From positions 20,805,579-20,869,578 of the forward strand of contig NC_068996.1 in the NCBI RefSeq assembly GCF_001194135.2: a stretch of DNA of 64,000 bases, in the 5' to 3' direction. Source of the DNA: Octopus bimaculoides. Taxonomy: Eukaryota. This document shows, one piece after another, positions 49,481-62,780 of the stretch (position 1 is its first letter; the number at the start of each line of letters is the position of its first letter). The notes beneath the pieces were generated by a model, which did no database searches, had not been told where the DNA came from, and was given only the letters and a program-made list of their open reading frames with translations. A program made the position numbers and the translations under genes.

Positions 49481-51022
49481 ATCATCATCATTGGCATTCT
49501 ATGCTCATATGGGTTGGACAGTTTGACAGGATACATTGAACCCAAGGACTGCATTATGCTCCGTTATTTGTTTGCATGGTCTCTATAGCTGGATGCCAAC
49601 AACCATCAAAACCATGCCATATATATATATATATATATATACATATAATAATAATATTAGGGACAAAATCCCAAATTACAGGTAAAAACTCAATTAAAAT
49701 CAATTTATAAAAAATCAAAATAACAGTTTCAAATTTTGGCACAAGGCCAGCAGTTTTAAGGAAGGACATAAGCTGATGATCATCGATTCCTTAGTGTTCA
49801 ATTGGAACTTATTTCATTGACCTGAAAAGGATGAAAGGCAAAGTTGACCCTGGTAGAATTTGAACTCAGGAGGGAAAGAGCCAGAAGAAATGCTGCTAAG
49901 CATTTTGTCTGACTTGCTAATGATACTACTAGCTCTCTACTAGCTTAACATGTGCAATGATAACGTGATACAACAAACTCATCAATCCAAGGGCAGATTG
50001 AGGGAAGCTGTAGGCAGGCAGTTTTATGCCTCTGCTCTTTCCCTGTGCAGTTCAACTTCAGCATACCTGATGTGCCTGTACTGCCCATCTTGTCAACCCT
50101 CTATACCTAATCCCTCTTATCCAAAATAATTCTTTTATCTTTTATCTGTTTTAGTCATTTAGTGGCCATGCTGGGGCGGGGCACTACCTTGAAGAATTTT
50201 TTAGTTGAATGAGTTGACCCCTGTACTCACACATACACACACACACATGCACACATGTAATGGGCATCTTTCAGTTTCCATCTACCAAATGCACTCACAA
50301 GGCTTTGGTCGGTCTGAAGCTATAGTAGAAGACACTTGCCCATCATGCCACACAACAGGACTGAATCCAGAATCAAGTGGTTGGGAAGCACGCTCCTTGA
50401 CACCTAAATACTAAATTTTTTTTCAGATGGTCCTAGAGGAAGAGACTGCTAAGTTTCTGGAATCCTTGCTCTCCTGAATTTTATCCTGCAGAAATCAGTA
50501 TAGAGGAGTTCTAACTGAACATCAACCAATACCAACTACATTACTAGTCAGGAGGGATGCATTACTGATAGAAAAAAAAAAAGTTATACAAGTATTTCTC
50601 TAAAAAAGATGTAAATACCTAATTAAAAAAAAAAAAATCTCCCAACTTTTGTCAAAGGTGTAAAAGAGAAAAGGAAGAGAAATAACTCCCTCCATTCAAG
50701 TTTGTAACAATTCTCCTCTTTACATGTTCATTAGTTCTAGTCCACTCCATTCCTCCACTGTGCTATCAGTCTGTCCTTTTTAACAGTTAATAACAGTTCT
50801 GCTACGTAATTGAAAAGAACACCTCACACCATAATTTTATTGTAGAAGTCAGTGAGTAACTAAATACCATTACTCATAATTATCTTTGTGTCTTTAGTTC
50901 AACTTTCCATGGCTTCATTAATTTAATCTCCTAATTACTTTAGACACTACTAATTGATTCTGGTGTATTTTACAGTTGGTCTTGTCTCATTTATAGTCTT
51001 TCTTAAACAATCTCTAGCATTT

Positions 51023-51064
<42 letters not shown>

Positions 51065-54000
51065 TAATGTATTCCTTTGATGTTGGACATAGTTTATCCA
51101 ATGACATACCATTAGAGAGAAAAAGGGGGGAGAGGGAAAGAGTGTGGGCATGTTAAACATTGTAATAAAGTGATTTTTAATACTTCATTATAAAATAAAT
51201 GTCACAGGTCATTTATGTTAAACATAAATCATCTTAGACTGATGCGAACTATAACAATACAACAACCTAACATAATGACCTGAGATATATATCGGCTACT
51301 GTTGCTGCTGCTACTGTTGTTGTTTAGCACCAGGTCAACCGTAATCCAGCAGATTAAAGGCATTCTAGCATTGTCCATCCTATAATTTGTTTCCCTACGA
51401 CTAGGGTTTTCTAGGATTCATACCATAAGCTTAACACCTTCATCTTAATCTAACACAGCTTTTTCTTCAAGACGGTAAGCCATGATATGAAGGAGATTTA
51501 GCTGCTACTACTAACAGGTTTAGTGATTGCATAAAGGCTCCCTCATTCATTCATCATGCATTAATGGTAGTATGTGTTACTGGAATTCTAGCCTCCAAAA
51601 AAGAACTATGTTAACACTAATAAGATATCTTAATCCTTTAAAATACTGTTGTGTGCTTGGTTCGACCCTTTTTTCCTCTGTGTTTCTGTATTTCCAGCAG
51701 ATGTTAAGTCTGAGCAGCAGAAATATTATCCTTATTGGTTTGAGAGATGACTGCAAATGTCATGTGATGTGAGGTGAATGAAATGTGTATTTTGTCTGAT
51801 TGACATAACTTCCTCCAGAGCACATAAAAACCACTAGCCCTCTTATATGCTTTGTCTTCTCTAAGTTTTTTCTGACATTGCTACACCAGACTAGATTCCT
51901 CATCAGACTATCTTGTCAGTTTTGTCTTTTAGGAGTAAAACATCAGAGTTGATCTAATTTTTAGTTTTTCTAATACAACGAGGCAAATGGTTTTTCATAT
52001 CTGAATTCCTAACTAGAAACATGGGACAGGAAAGGGAAGATTGCAGAGATCAGAAGTTCTAAGGAAAAATAAGGCAGTCTGTGTAATATATTTAGTTTAG
52101 GGTTTTGCAGGTAACAGAGTGATTTGATGTCATCATCATGTAAAATGTCACAGGAGAAAAGTTGTAAAAGAAAAATTCACAAAAAAAAAAAAAGCCACAG
52201 GAAAAACAGTTACAGCATGCACACACACACACACACACACATACACACTTTTAAATAAAACTTCATTTTAAAATTCAAGATATCAAATTAATTGGATTTT
52301 GTTCAGATAGATGAAGTCACATATTACCAGTTAATAAGTGAATTAAAATAGGTTTAATTACACTGTAACTATCATTTATGACTGTTAAATGAAAAGTGAC
52401 TGCCTCCAATATTTTAATTGACTTTATTTCTATACACTAAGAGCATATGGATAGTGAAAAGAATGGCTGCAGCTGCATCAGGTGGACTCTGGAGAGGTAG
52501 CCACATGTTAGTTCAAATGAATAGAAGCCATTGTAGTAACGTCAGAAGGAACCAAAAGAGGGCAAAGCATATCAGTGAGTTAATTTGCTGTTATGCGTTG
52601 ATAGAGGCATGTCAATTAACCAAATCTGAAATGCAAAAGTGTTTCACATTTCAGCTGCACACATCTTGCACTGCAGTGGTCACCATAATGGAAAATCAAG
52701 CAGTACTAACCAAACCTTTGAAATCATTTTTTGGCCCATATATCTACTTTTCTGTCTATTCTTGTTTCACTAAACCTGCAAGTCACAGTTTCTAACTAAT
52801 ATGACTTCTAAAATATTTTCCGGTCATATTATTGAAATTAGGTTACACTGACCCAATTCTACAAATTATTTTAAACATGTCTAAAAGTGATTAAATATTT
52901 TTAAAAGATATTATTAAAGAATTAAAGACAAAGCAATTTAATATTTAAAAAAATTATAAAAATGTAGAAACAAAGAACATGCATTAAAAATAATCAGATG
53001 GGATTTCAGTATTAAAATTCATTGACTTCTTTTCTGGTTTATGAAAGATAATTAAGAAAATTCACTGGTTTATGAAAGAATAACTCTTAAAACTGATTGA
53101 TGGTGACAAAAAAATACGATTATGTGATATTCATGTATTTCTTGGGATCAAGAATAATTTTATAGAAGCAAAAATAGGGATAGCCCAAAGACTTTGATTT
53201 GCTAGGAAGTTACTTTCTTAAGCTGTTGTATGGTGACCGGTAATAAAGTCACAGACAAAAATGTCACAAACACAGATGATGAAACAGAACTCAAAACCTG
53301 AGCCTTTTTATTTTATTATTATACACCTGCATTGTCAATAGCATTTCTGAATTTCTGTCCATAACCTTCCAGATGGATATTCAGTCCTGTTATTGATCTG
53401 CAAGGTTTGAAGCATAGGTAACGGGCAAAAGTAGTAACTTATTGCATACTTCCAATTGATTAGGTCTGCACTTCCATCACCATAGGACTTTCAGTAGACG
53501 GAATGACAAAATGAGGTCATAATAAGTCATTGGATTATAATGATAAATGCTTGTACAACATGAGTACCACTCACTAACGTAGCTGCTCACAGTAGGGGCG
53601 CTCCACCCTGGGTGGCACTTTTAAAGGGGTGGCACTTTTGGGTCTGCTGTACACAATATGTGTTTTTTTGTAGGGACTGGGAGCATCACACACTCTAGCT
53701 ACACTAAAGGTACCACTCCCTGAGTCTCAATCATTAGTATCTAGTGATACACTGAAGCAAAGTGACCAAACAAGTATTCACATGAAACTACACATCTTGC
53801 AAAGTGTCTCTCTTCTAGAAGGATGTTGTGACAACAGCTAGGGGTCTCTCACTGCCAGTAGTTTATTGTGAACCCTCACACCAACCAAGAGTATTTCTGT
53901 GTTCCTGCACTGAGATGGATTGTCATCACATATGCTAGTTCACCCATAGTTGGGACTGTGACTAGTCCTGCAAACAATAGTGGCTAAGAGATGCTTCAAC

Positions 54001-54285
54001 ATCTTCAAAACTCTGGAACTTCCAAACCAGAACCCTACTACTTGATGTAGGTTAAAGACATACATAGGACATATATGTACATACACACAAACATATGAGT
54101 GCATGTATTAGCATTTTGCTAAATCAGCCATAAATTTTCATGGTAAAAATATATATACTGGCAGAAATTTTAGCCAAGCTATCAACCGTTTGAGCAGTAA
54201 CTACTGATAATACCTATGAAACAGGCAAAACTAATCTAGTCTAGTGATTCTAGAGATGGTCATGGGGCAGTTAACTACCCTGTCA

Positions 54286-54343
<58 letters not shown>

Positions 54344-55341
54344 TAGTTTTAGGGAAAATAACCAATTTTCAAGAACTCATCGATGAAAATCCACTATCAC
54401 ATATAGAAAAATTAATAATTAAAAGCACAATAAACGAGTATAATATAAAGTAAAGTAAATATCATAAGATAAATATAATAAAAAGATTACACGTGTTTCA
54501 TAACCAATTTTCAAATAGAAAAGAAATTTAAATCGATTAAAATCAATTGAAATATATATACTGTGCTCTTTATATATGTATATGCACAACAGAACTTCTG
54601 CCAACCAAATTCAATCTCAAGGCATTGGTTGATCCAAGGCTATTGCAAATGACACTATCCCAATGTGCCATGCAATGGGACTGACCCCAAAACTATGTGC
54701 TTGAGAAGCAAGCTTTCCTACCACACAGCCATGTCTGATGTGTGCACGTGTGTGTGTGTGTGCACGCGCACCTTTGTGTTAATCCTTGTCCCACACCATC
54801 ATCTGACAACCAGCGTTGGTTTGTTTACATACCCATAACCTAGCAGTTTGAAAAAAGACTAATGGAATGAGTACCAAGGTCTATTTGTTCAACTAAAACC
54901 CTTCAAAGTAGTGCCCTGCATGGCCACACTCTAATGAATGAAACAAATAAAAGATAAAGATAATTCAGTGGCATAGTATGGGTTTTGACTACCCATTTCC
55001 TTAAATGTAACATATCTTTGATAATAGCAAACATATGGATATAATGTGGCTGCCTGGTATAGTCTCCCCATCCATACACTATGCTGATACATGAGTGATA
55101 AGGGAGATGTGTGATAAGGGTCAAGTGTGAAAGAGAGGCTACCAAAGAGCCTAAATGTAACCTTAACAGTGTGTGACTGATGACATATAACTCTAATGAC
55201 CAAAATATGAGCCTGATGATTTAGAAACACTAATGATGAAATTCTGACAGTAAAGTCTGCAGAAATAAAATTCACCAACAATAAAAAGGGCAGAACAACA
55301 CTTCATATTCAGTTAATAAAAAATAAATTAATTGTCACTAT

Positions 55342-55381
<40 letters not shown>

Positions 55382-58300
55382 GTCGGTGTTAGGAAGGGTA
55401 TCCAGCTGTAGAAACCATACTAAATCAGACTGAAATGTGGTGCAGCTCTCCAATCAAACCATCCAACCCATGCCAGCATGGAAAAATGAATGTTAAAGAT
55501 GATGATGATGATGATGATAATGGTTTCAAATTTTTGCACAAGGCCCGCAGTTTTGGGGAAGTGTCAGTCTATTACATTGACTCCAGTACTCAATTAGTAC
55601 TTATTTTATTGACCTAGAAAGGATGAAAGGCAAAACTGACCTTGGCAGAATTTGAACAATAAAAATGCTAAAAATTCTGCCAGCTCACTGCCTTAATAGT
55701 TTTAGGTGGGGTGGAAGGTTATTGTTGTTGTTGTTGTTATTACTATCATCATTATAACTGTGGTGAACTCGATGGCATTTCATCCCTCTTTACGTTCAAA
55801 TTCCACCAAGGTCAACTTTGCCTTTCATCTTTTTGGGAGTTGCTAAAATAAATACTAGTCAAGTACTGGGATCAATGTAATCGACTAACCCTTTCCCCCA
55901 GAATTCCAGGCTTAATACCTATAGCAGAAAGAATTATTATGATTAAGGTGGTCAGCTGGCAGAATTGTTAGAATGCTGGATGAAATGCTTATTGGTATTT
56001 CACCTGTTACTATGTTAAAATTCCGCTGAGGTTGACTCAGCCTTTCATCCTTTCAAAGTCAATAAATTAAGTACCAGTGATACACTGAGGTCGATGTCAT
56101 CGACTAACCCCACAATTTCAGGCCTTGTGCCTATATTAGAAAGGATTACTATGATTATTCATTTCATGAACAGAGTGAATTTATTCTTTTTTACAACTCC
56201 ACAGAGATAATACTAGCATTTTGCTTTTAAATGTAGGTGAATCATGCAGAGTTCCACATCTTTTGGGCTTTTAGGCCCCTTCAAACTACCAAGAGAGTGT
56301 CTGTTACCATATACTCTTCAGGGAATCTTCTTATTTTTTTTTATCTATCTCTTCCTCAGAAAGTATGACCTAATTTGTAATGTAATAGGGTTAGTATTAA
56401 AGTTAAGAGATTGAGGTCCTATGTCAGCACTGAGAATTTCAGCTACTCTGTGAGGGAGGGCACCTTTTCATGTAGTTTGCCATCCTGGTCTATCTTTTAT
56501 TTTCATCTACTATCAAAAGACAATGTGAAGGCGCTACTAGTTGTATCTTCTAGTCAGCCCTGTGTCAAGGGAGCAAACTCTTTGGCTTCTTGAATGTTCC
56601 TGTAACTAGGGACAAAGTTATTTTTTCCACAATCCACAAATAGGTGATTGCTGGTGCTCTAGAAACTGATTTTTTTAAAAACCTGATGCTGTTGTCCACT
56701 GCTTTCATTCTTCTTTTGCTTCTCTTCTTCTCTCGGCAATAAGTCTTCAAAAGACACTTATTTCCATTTGTCTAACAAATGGACTTTCTGCCCTTCACCA
56801 CTAGTATGATCGCCTTCCCTATGATGGAAAACAACTCCAAGATAATTTTTATTTTCATCTTCAAGAGGTCATCAGAATATACTTATCTATGCAGACCCCC
56901 ATACTCCCACCCAGCCAGAAATTGTTTCATATTAACTCCGTACTATGCCACAAAGGTAACAACGAGCTGGAGGCTGACATCTGTAACAATTTCTTTGGTT
57001 GTAATCTTTGTGTTTTGTCTCTACATATATTGTGATAGTAGAGGCAGGCCACCTCTACCTGCTTCACCTTATCTTTAGTCTTAGAGCCCATGCACACATT
57101 GTGCCTTAGTCTGGGCAATGGAGTAAACATCATACTACATAATCAACCATGACTGCTAACTGTTCCTTTGTGGGTATAAGGAAACCCTTTCTTTGAAAAT
57201 CACAGATTAAACCATTTTCCTTAGCTTGATGAATTCCTTGAACAAAAGGGAAATGTCACATGTTAATTGTTTTTCCTACAGAGTTAAGCAAGTACTTCAT
57301 CATCATCATCATCATAGGTTTACAAAACCAATAAAGCAACTATTACTCTAGATATGGGTTTCAAATTTTGGCACAAGGCCAGCAATTTGGGGGAAGAGAT
57401 TAAGTTGATTACACTGACCTCCAAAAGAATGAAAGGTAAAACCAACCTCAGCAGATTTTGAAGTCAGAACATAAAGGCAGACGAAATACTGCTAAGTATT
57501 CTGCCCAGTATGCAAACACTTCTGCCAGCTCAATGCCTTAATACTGCTCTAGTTGCTGCTACTTTTTCCATCATCGTCATATTTTCCTACATATTTTTCA
57601 AACTGAATGTCTGTTGTCATAACTCTGTCAACTATTTGTCATAGATTTTTTTTTTTTTTTTTAATTTGAGATTTTATCTTTCCTATTATCTTTTTAACCT
57701 TACTTATTTCAGTCGTTGTCGTTGGACTGTAGCCATGCTTCAACTGTTTTAGTTGAAAAAATCACTCACCAGTACTTACATTTTAAGTTTTGTACTTATT
57801 GGTTTCTATTGCTGAACCACAAAATTACATGGATGTAAACAAACCAACACTGGTTATCAAGCATTGGTGAGGAATACACTCACACACATACACACATAAA
57901 CAAACAATGAGCTTCCACATAGTTTCCATCAACCAAATTCACTCACAAGATATTGGTTGACCTGGAGGCATACATGAAAACACTCTAGGTATCACACAGT
58001 GGGGCTAAACTCGAAACCACATGGTTGTAAAGCAAACTACTTCATCACACAGCCCTGCCTGTACCTATTTCGTTTGAAAAATTTTTTAAAAAAGTCTTTC
58101 AAACTCCTTGTATTTGTAGCTATCATCTTTTTCTACAACTCCATTGCAACAAATAAACAAATACTTACAAAAATATAAACTGTAAAATAGCCAATGCCAA
58201 AATTTATTTTATGTTAGGATAGGTGCTTAATGTTCTGCTTTCTATTGATAAAATAAACCCTAATACCTTTTTCCATCAAGAATCCAAACCTTCTCTGGAG

Positions 58301-59179
58301 CCATATTAACCCTTTAGCATTCAGATTAATCTGTCAAATGTAATGCCTATTTATTTGCATAGCTTTGAGTTAATCAAGCATTATCTTGTAGCTTTGAGAT
58401 TTCAGTGATGTGATTGTGTATTTTAAAATGACATTGTAGGGTTGGTGTGAGAGGCCAGATCTGGTCAGTTTGAACATACAATAGATAGAATATTTGGGCC
58501 TGATACAGCCACTTTAAATTCTAAAGTGTTAAAGATATTTACATATTGTAAGCGACAGCAACAACTTTAAAAACAAGCTGCTACTATTACTACTACCACC
58601 ACCAATAATAATTAATAATAACAATAATAAACAACAGTAGCAGTAGATAAACATTCTAGTAATTTTAGGGGAAAGGATTTAATTAATTACATTGGCCCGA
58701 GTGCTTAATTGGTATGAAAGGATGAAAGACAAAGTTGACCGTGGCAGTATTTGAACCTGCAATGTTAAAAGCTGGAAGAAATGCCACTAAACAATCTGTA
58801 CAGTACAATAACTATTCTGCTAGCTCACAGTCATGATGATGCTGACTGACATGTAGCTGTAAATGTAAATACATCTCCTAATTGATGTATCAATTCAAAC
58901 ATGTTTGATATGTCTTCAAAGACACAGAAGAAACTTTGCAACTATAAAGATACTGAAATAGATGTAAATAGAACAGGAAAAACGTAAAACAGAGAAAAAT
59001 CTCGACATAAATGATAATGATTATTCAAAGATTTTCCGAAAATGGTTACACATTAAGTAGAGAATTTTCAATGCAATATGAAAAAAAAAAGTGCATACAG
59101 TGTGCAGAAAATGGTGCAATTAGCAGTGTAGTGGGAAAACAAAATAATCCAAGATTTCTGAGAAAAAAAACAACAACAA

Positions 59180-60345
59180 AAAACAAACAAACAACAACAA
59201 CAATTGTCTCAAAGCATGAAGACAAGAAAGCATCATACTCAGTAACAAAACAGGCAGAGGAACATCTAAGTAATTTCCAAATACAACAAATCCCAGAATT
59301 AGTCGTACTAGAAACAAGCACAGAAAAAGCTAAGCGTATGAAAACCTGTACTAAAACTGCTGCCTTAGATATTCTTACTGATAAATGGCAAGAAAAACCT
59401 CTCAATGGCAAATATACCCAAAGGCAGCTAATAGTGCCAATGTTGACAAAGCCCTTACCTATCAATGGTTTGTGTCTTCTGGTTTAGAATAAAAAACAGA
59501 AGGGTTTATAATAGCAACCCAAGATCAATGCTTACCTGCAAGAAACTACCAGGCCAACATATTAAAGAATGGCAGTAACCCAACATATTGTGTATATCAA
59601 CAATAAAATGAAACCATTGATCATGTTGTCTCCATGTGCAGTCTTCTTGTGCCTACAGAGTATCTCAACAGGCATGATAGAGCTGCACAATATATTCACT
59701 GGGTAATTTGCAAAAACCTGGTCCTGCCCCATGATAAGAACTGGTGGGAACACAAACCACTTTCAGTGCTTGAAAATGATCACATCTCACTCCTCTGGAA
59801 CTTCACCATTCAAACTGATAGAAAGATAGATGCGAATAGGCCAGACATCATATTGAAAGACTTCAGACAAAAATCATGCCTCCTCATTGATATGACTGTA
59901 CCAATCAATATAAATGTATCTGTCAAGAAATACCAAAACTGAGCAAGTATAAAGATCTTGAAATAGAAATTGGCAAAACGTGGAACCTCAAGACTAAAAC
60001 AATACCTGTTGTCATAGGTGCCCTAGGAATGATAGCAAAAGGGGTTGATTACCACCTAACTCAGATACCAGGAAATCCCATAATGGCAGAAATTCAAAAG
60101 ATAGTGCTCATGGGAACTACCCATATCCTACGTAAAATACTGTCTATGTAATCTCAAATTTTAAAACAAACTCATAATTTTCTTATGTTTTCTTAAACAT
60201 TCTCTAGAACAATGCTACATGCAAAACCAAATATATGACACCCTAGGCATAACACCAACATGAACTTCTAACTTGTAGTCTCTTAAGGTCTCTGGGTGAG
60301 ACTTGGAACCAACTTTTACAAACACAAAGCAAAAGTCAATAATAA
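59180..60345 (+). mobile_element. R4/Dong-like (RLE) LINE 3' part, best preserved copy
   Basis: DKWQEKPLNGKY..EGFIIATQDQ..EYLNRHDRAAQYIHWVICK..LLWNFTIQTDRKIDANRPDIILKDFRQKSCLLIDMTVP..KYKDLEIEIGKTWNLKTKTIPVVIGALG..IQKIVLMGTTHILRKIL (RH, PD-x-D and K endonuclease motifs); (AAT)n tail. Confidence 0.88.
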
Positions 60346-60599
60346 TAATAACAATTCTTTCTTTTATAGGCACAAGGCTTAAAATATTGGGGGAGGAGGA
60401 TAGTTGATTGCATTGACCCCAATACTCAAATGGTATTTATTTTATTGACCCCCAAAAGGATGAAAGGCAAAGTCAACCTCAGTGAAATTTGAACTCAGAA
60501 TGTAAAGACAGACAAAATACTTTCAGTTTCATCTATGACAAAACCTCTTTTGCTATAGGCATCAAACACAAGTAAATTGCCTAACCCTCTCAGTCAAAG

Positions 60600-61500
60600 G
60601 TAGATGGTAGGGCGATTTTCACACTAGACTTGGCTGACAGCCAGATCCATTTCCATCCTACTTCCAACACCAACTGTCCTATAACAAAACTCAACAAATC
60701 AGTAATGTTCAGACACTGAATAAGTGTGTACAAAATGGTTTCATCACTTTGCATGTATCTCAGACAGGCCCAGCTAATGACACTTTCAAGCTTGTAGAGT
60801 TTGCAGTGATGTCCACTCCTGACAGAACTACCAGCCACAAATTCTCCTGAACAGACCAGCCAGTTCAATCTTGTCAATGCTGAGAATTTTCCTGTTGCAA
60901 TTCTTCCCTACCACTAGCCCTCTATAGAACAACATAGAAGCTCCACCAACTACATTTTGCTAACTGACAGAGGACAGTTAGTGCCTAATGACATCCTTGT
61001 TACTAAGTGCTCATATTTGATCTTTGTTTCATTCAAGACAGTAGCTCATACATGGAAACAGTCTGTGAAAAAACATGCCTAACAAAAGACAACCACACTT
61101 GCTCACTGTCTAGAAATTTTTGTAGCCATCACAACCTCAGAACATATCAGCACATCAACAGCCATGGTGTAAGCAGTAAGTGGACTGCCTGACTAGTGAA
61201 CATGTCCTTTTGACAAGAATTCAAAGAACAGATGTTTCAATCTAGTCATACAAAACTAGGGCAAGGTGTAGTAGTCAGGTAGTAATATATAAAGGTGGTG
61301 GTAGGTGCATTTGCCATTTCTGCTTGACTTTTCAGACTTAACCTCTTCTCAGCCTTTTATGGATGACAATGCTCATAATCACATCCCAGTTTGTATGCAC
61401 ATGGAAGTCCAAACTGAATCAGACCACAAGTAATTTAACAGGGCTGCTCATTCGGCTTTCCACAATGCAGTCCAATAGCATGGACTTATCTCTCCCAGTG
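60600..61500 (+). mobile_element. Heavily decayed LINE, possibly an RTE-type endonuclease region
   Basis: Scraps such as NYILLTDRGQ..DILVTKC resemble RTE endonuclease motifs; many stops. Confidence 0.3.
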
Positions 61501-61973
61501 CTGAGCTGCAAACCTACTGATTTACTTGGGTTAAGCTTTGTGCCTGTCTAAATCTTGTTCTCCTTTCAATAGCTGCTGAACACCTCAATTTCCATGTCTG
61601 GCACCATTATAATAATATCATTTATAATGACAACACAGCTCTACCATGTCCCAATTTGAACGGGATGCTCTACAAATACTGTATAACAATGATGGGCTCA
61701 CTTGTCAAAGACAACGTATGAGTACTCAGTTTTTTTTCCTAAACAACCTGCAGAAATGATTTGTTTATAGTGATCAAAATGTGCTGTACATTAACTCACT
61801 CTCTCCATCAAAATAACATTGCTTGAATAGGTGCATGGTGTGTCATGCGTTATGTGTTTAAGTGGTTGCAACACCTGGTCTAGTAGAAAGGATTATTATT
61901 ATTAATAGTTAACGACATCTAATTACTGCAACAATAAGAATGACAGCAATGGAAGTTTAAATATGTGGCTTAC

Positions 61974-62116
61974 CGATGAGGTAGTAATGATGCTATCATT
62001 AAACTATCATTTAAAAGAAAAGCATGCACAGCATGGTTAGAAGAAAAGGTTTCAGGATCCAGTTCAGTTAGTTCTCCATTGTGTATAAGCTGACGGCCAG
62101 GAACCTCAGTAACACT
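61974..62116 (-). CDS. EXOC8: Exocyst complex component 8 (Exo84), first exon visible in window (internal exon; PH-like region)
   Basis: CAG acceptor (62117-62119), GTAAGC donor. Translates SVTEVPGRQLIHNGELTELDPETFSSNHAVHAFLLNDSLMIASLLPH+CG, similar to recalled human EXOC8 LLETPGQYLVYNGDLVEYDADHMAQLQRVHGFLMNDCLLVATWLPQR. 143 nt, ends in phase 2, matching the next exon. Confidence 0.93.
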
Positions 62117-62327
62117 CTGCAAATAAACACATACAAACATCAATTAAAGGAAAAAAAAAACTAACAAACTTTTATAGAGATCAGTTAAAAAGAATTCGGA
62201 AACTAATACAGAGATCAGCTAAAGAAAAGGCAAACTCGGTTTTAGAAAATAAATTTTTACTCTTATTTTCATTTTACTTATTTTCTTGCAAGACTAGGTG
62301 GAGTAATTATTACTGATACTGCCTAAT

Positions 62328-62780
62328 TATTGTAAGATACAGAAATAAATTTATTTCTCAGACTCGAACTCACATCTCTGTGATTACATCACGCGTTTGA
62401 GAAATAAATTTATTTCTGTATCTTACAATACATCTCGAAGCTTCTAAAAAAGAACAAACTTAGTTTACTTTCATCGTAAAGTTGAATTTAACGTTAGCGT
62501 CTTATGAAGCTAAATTTATAAGTTCTAAAATTGCAGAAGAATTTGTTGCTGGGCAGTTTAGTTTAACGGTAAAACACTTGACATGTAATCACAGAGATGT
62601 GAGTTCAAGTCTCATGGCTGGCCGGTAACATATTTTTCTGCATTATATGGATAATTTATCCTGATCACGCTGTTTATAGCATTATCATGTGTTTGAGAAA
62701 TAAATTTATTTCTATTTCATACAATACATCTCAATGCTTCTAAAGACAAACTTTGTTTACTTTCATCGTAAAGTTGAATT
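62328..62780. mobile_element. Family E element (copy 2): short perfect hairpin plus tandem partial duplication plus tRNA-Thr-like cloverleaf
   Basis: Perfect 33-bp inverted repeat 62328-62360 / 62398-62430 enclosing an antisense tRNA fragment; tRNA-like 62551-62623; the 3' module occurs twice (about 62390-62490 and 62680-62780). Confidence 0.8.

Noticed and set aside
52418-52795. 125-aa plus-strand ORF (and similar ORFs at 34144-34617, 37099-37464, 56565-57133)
   Set aside because: No recognisable domain, TTG/GTG starts or overlap with SINE sequence, no splice or homology support
62430-62500. Possible hammerhead in family E (minus strand CGATGAAAG...CGAGA)
   Set aside because: Lacks U4 and an intact GAAA, and has no convincing stem II or III
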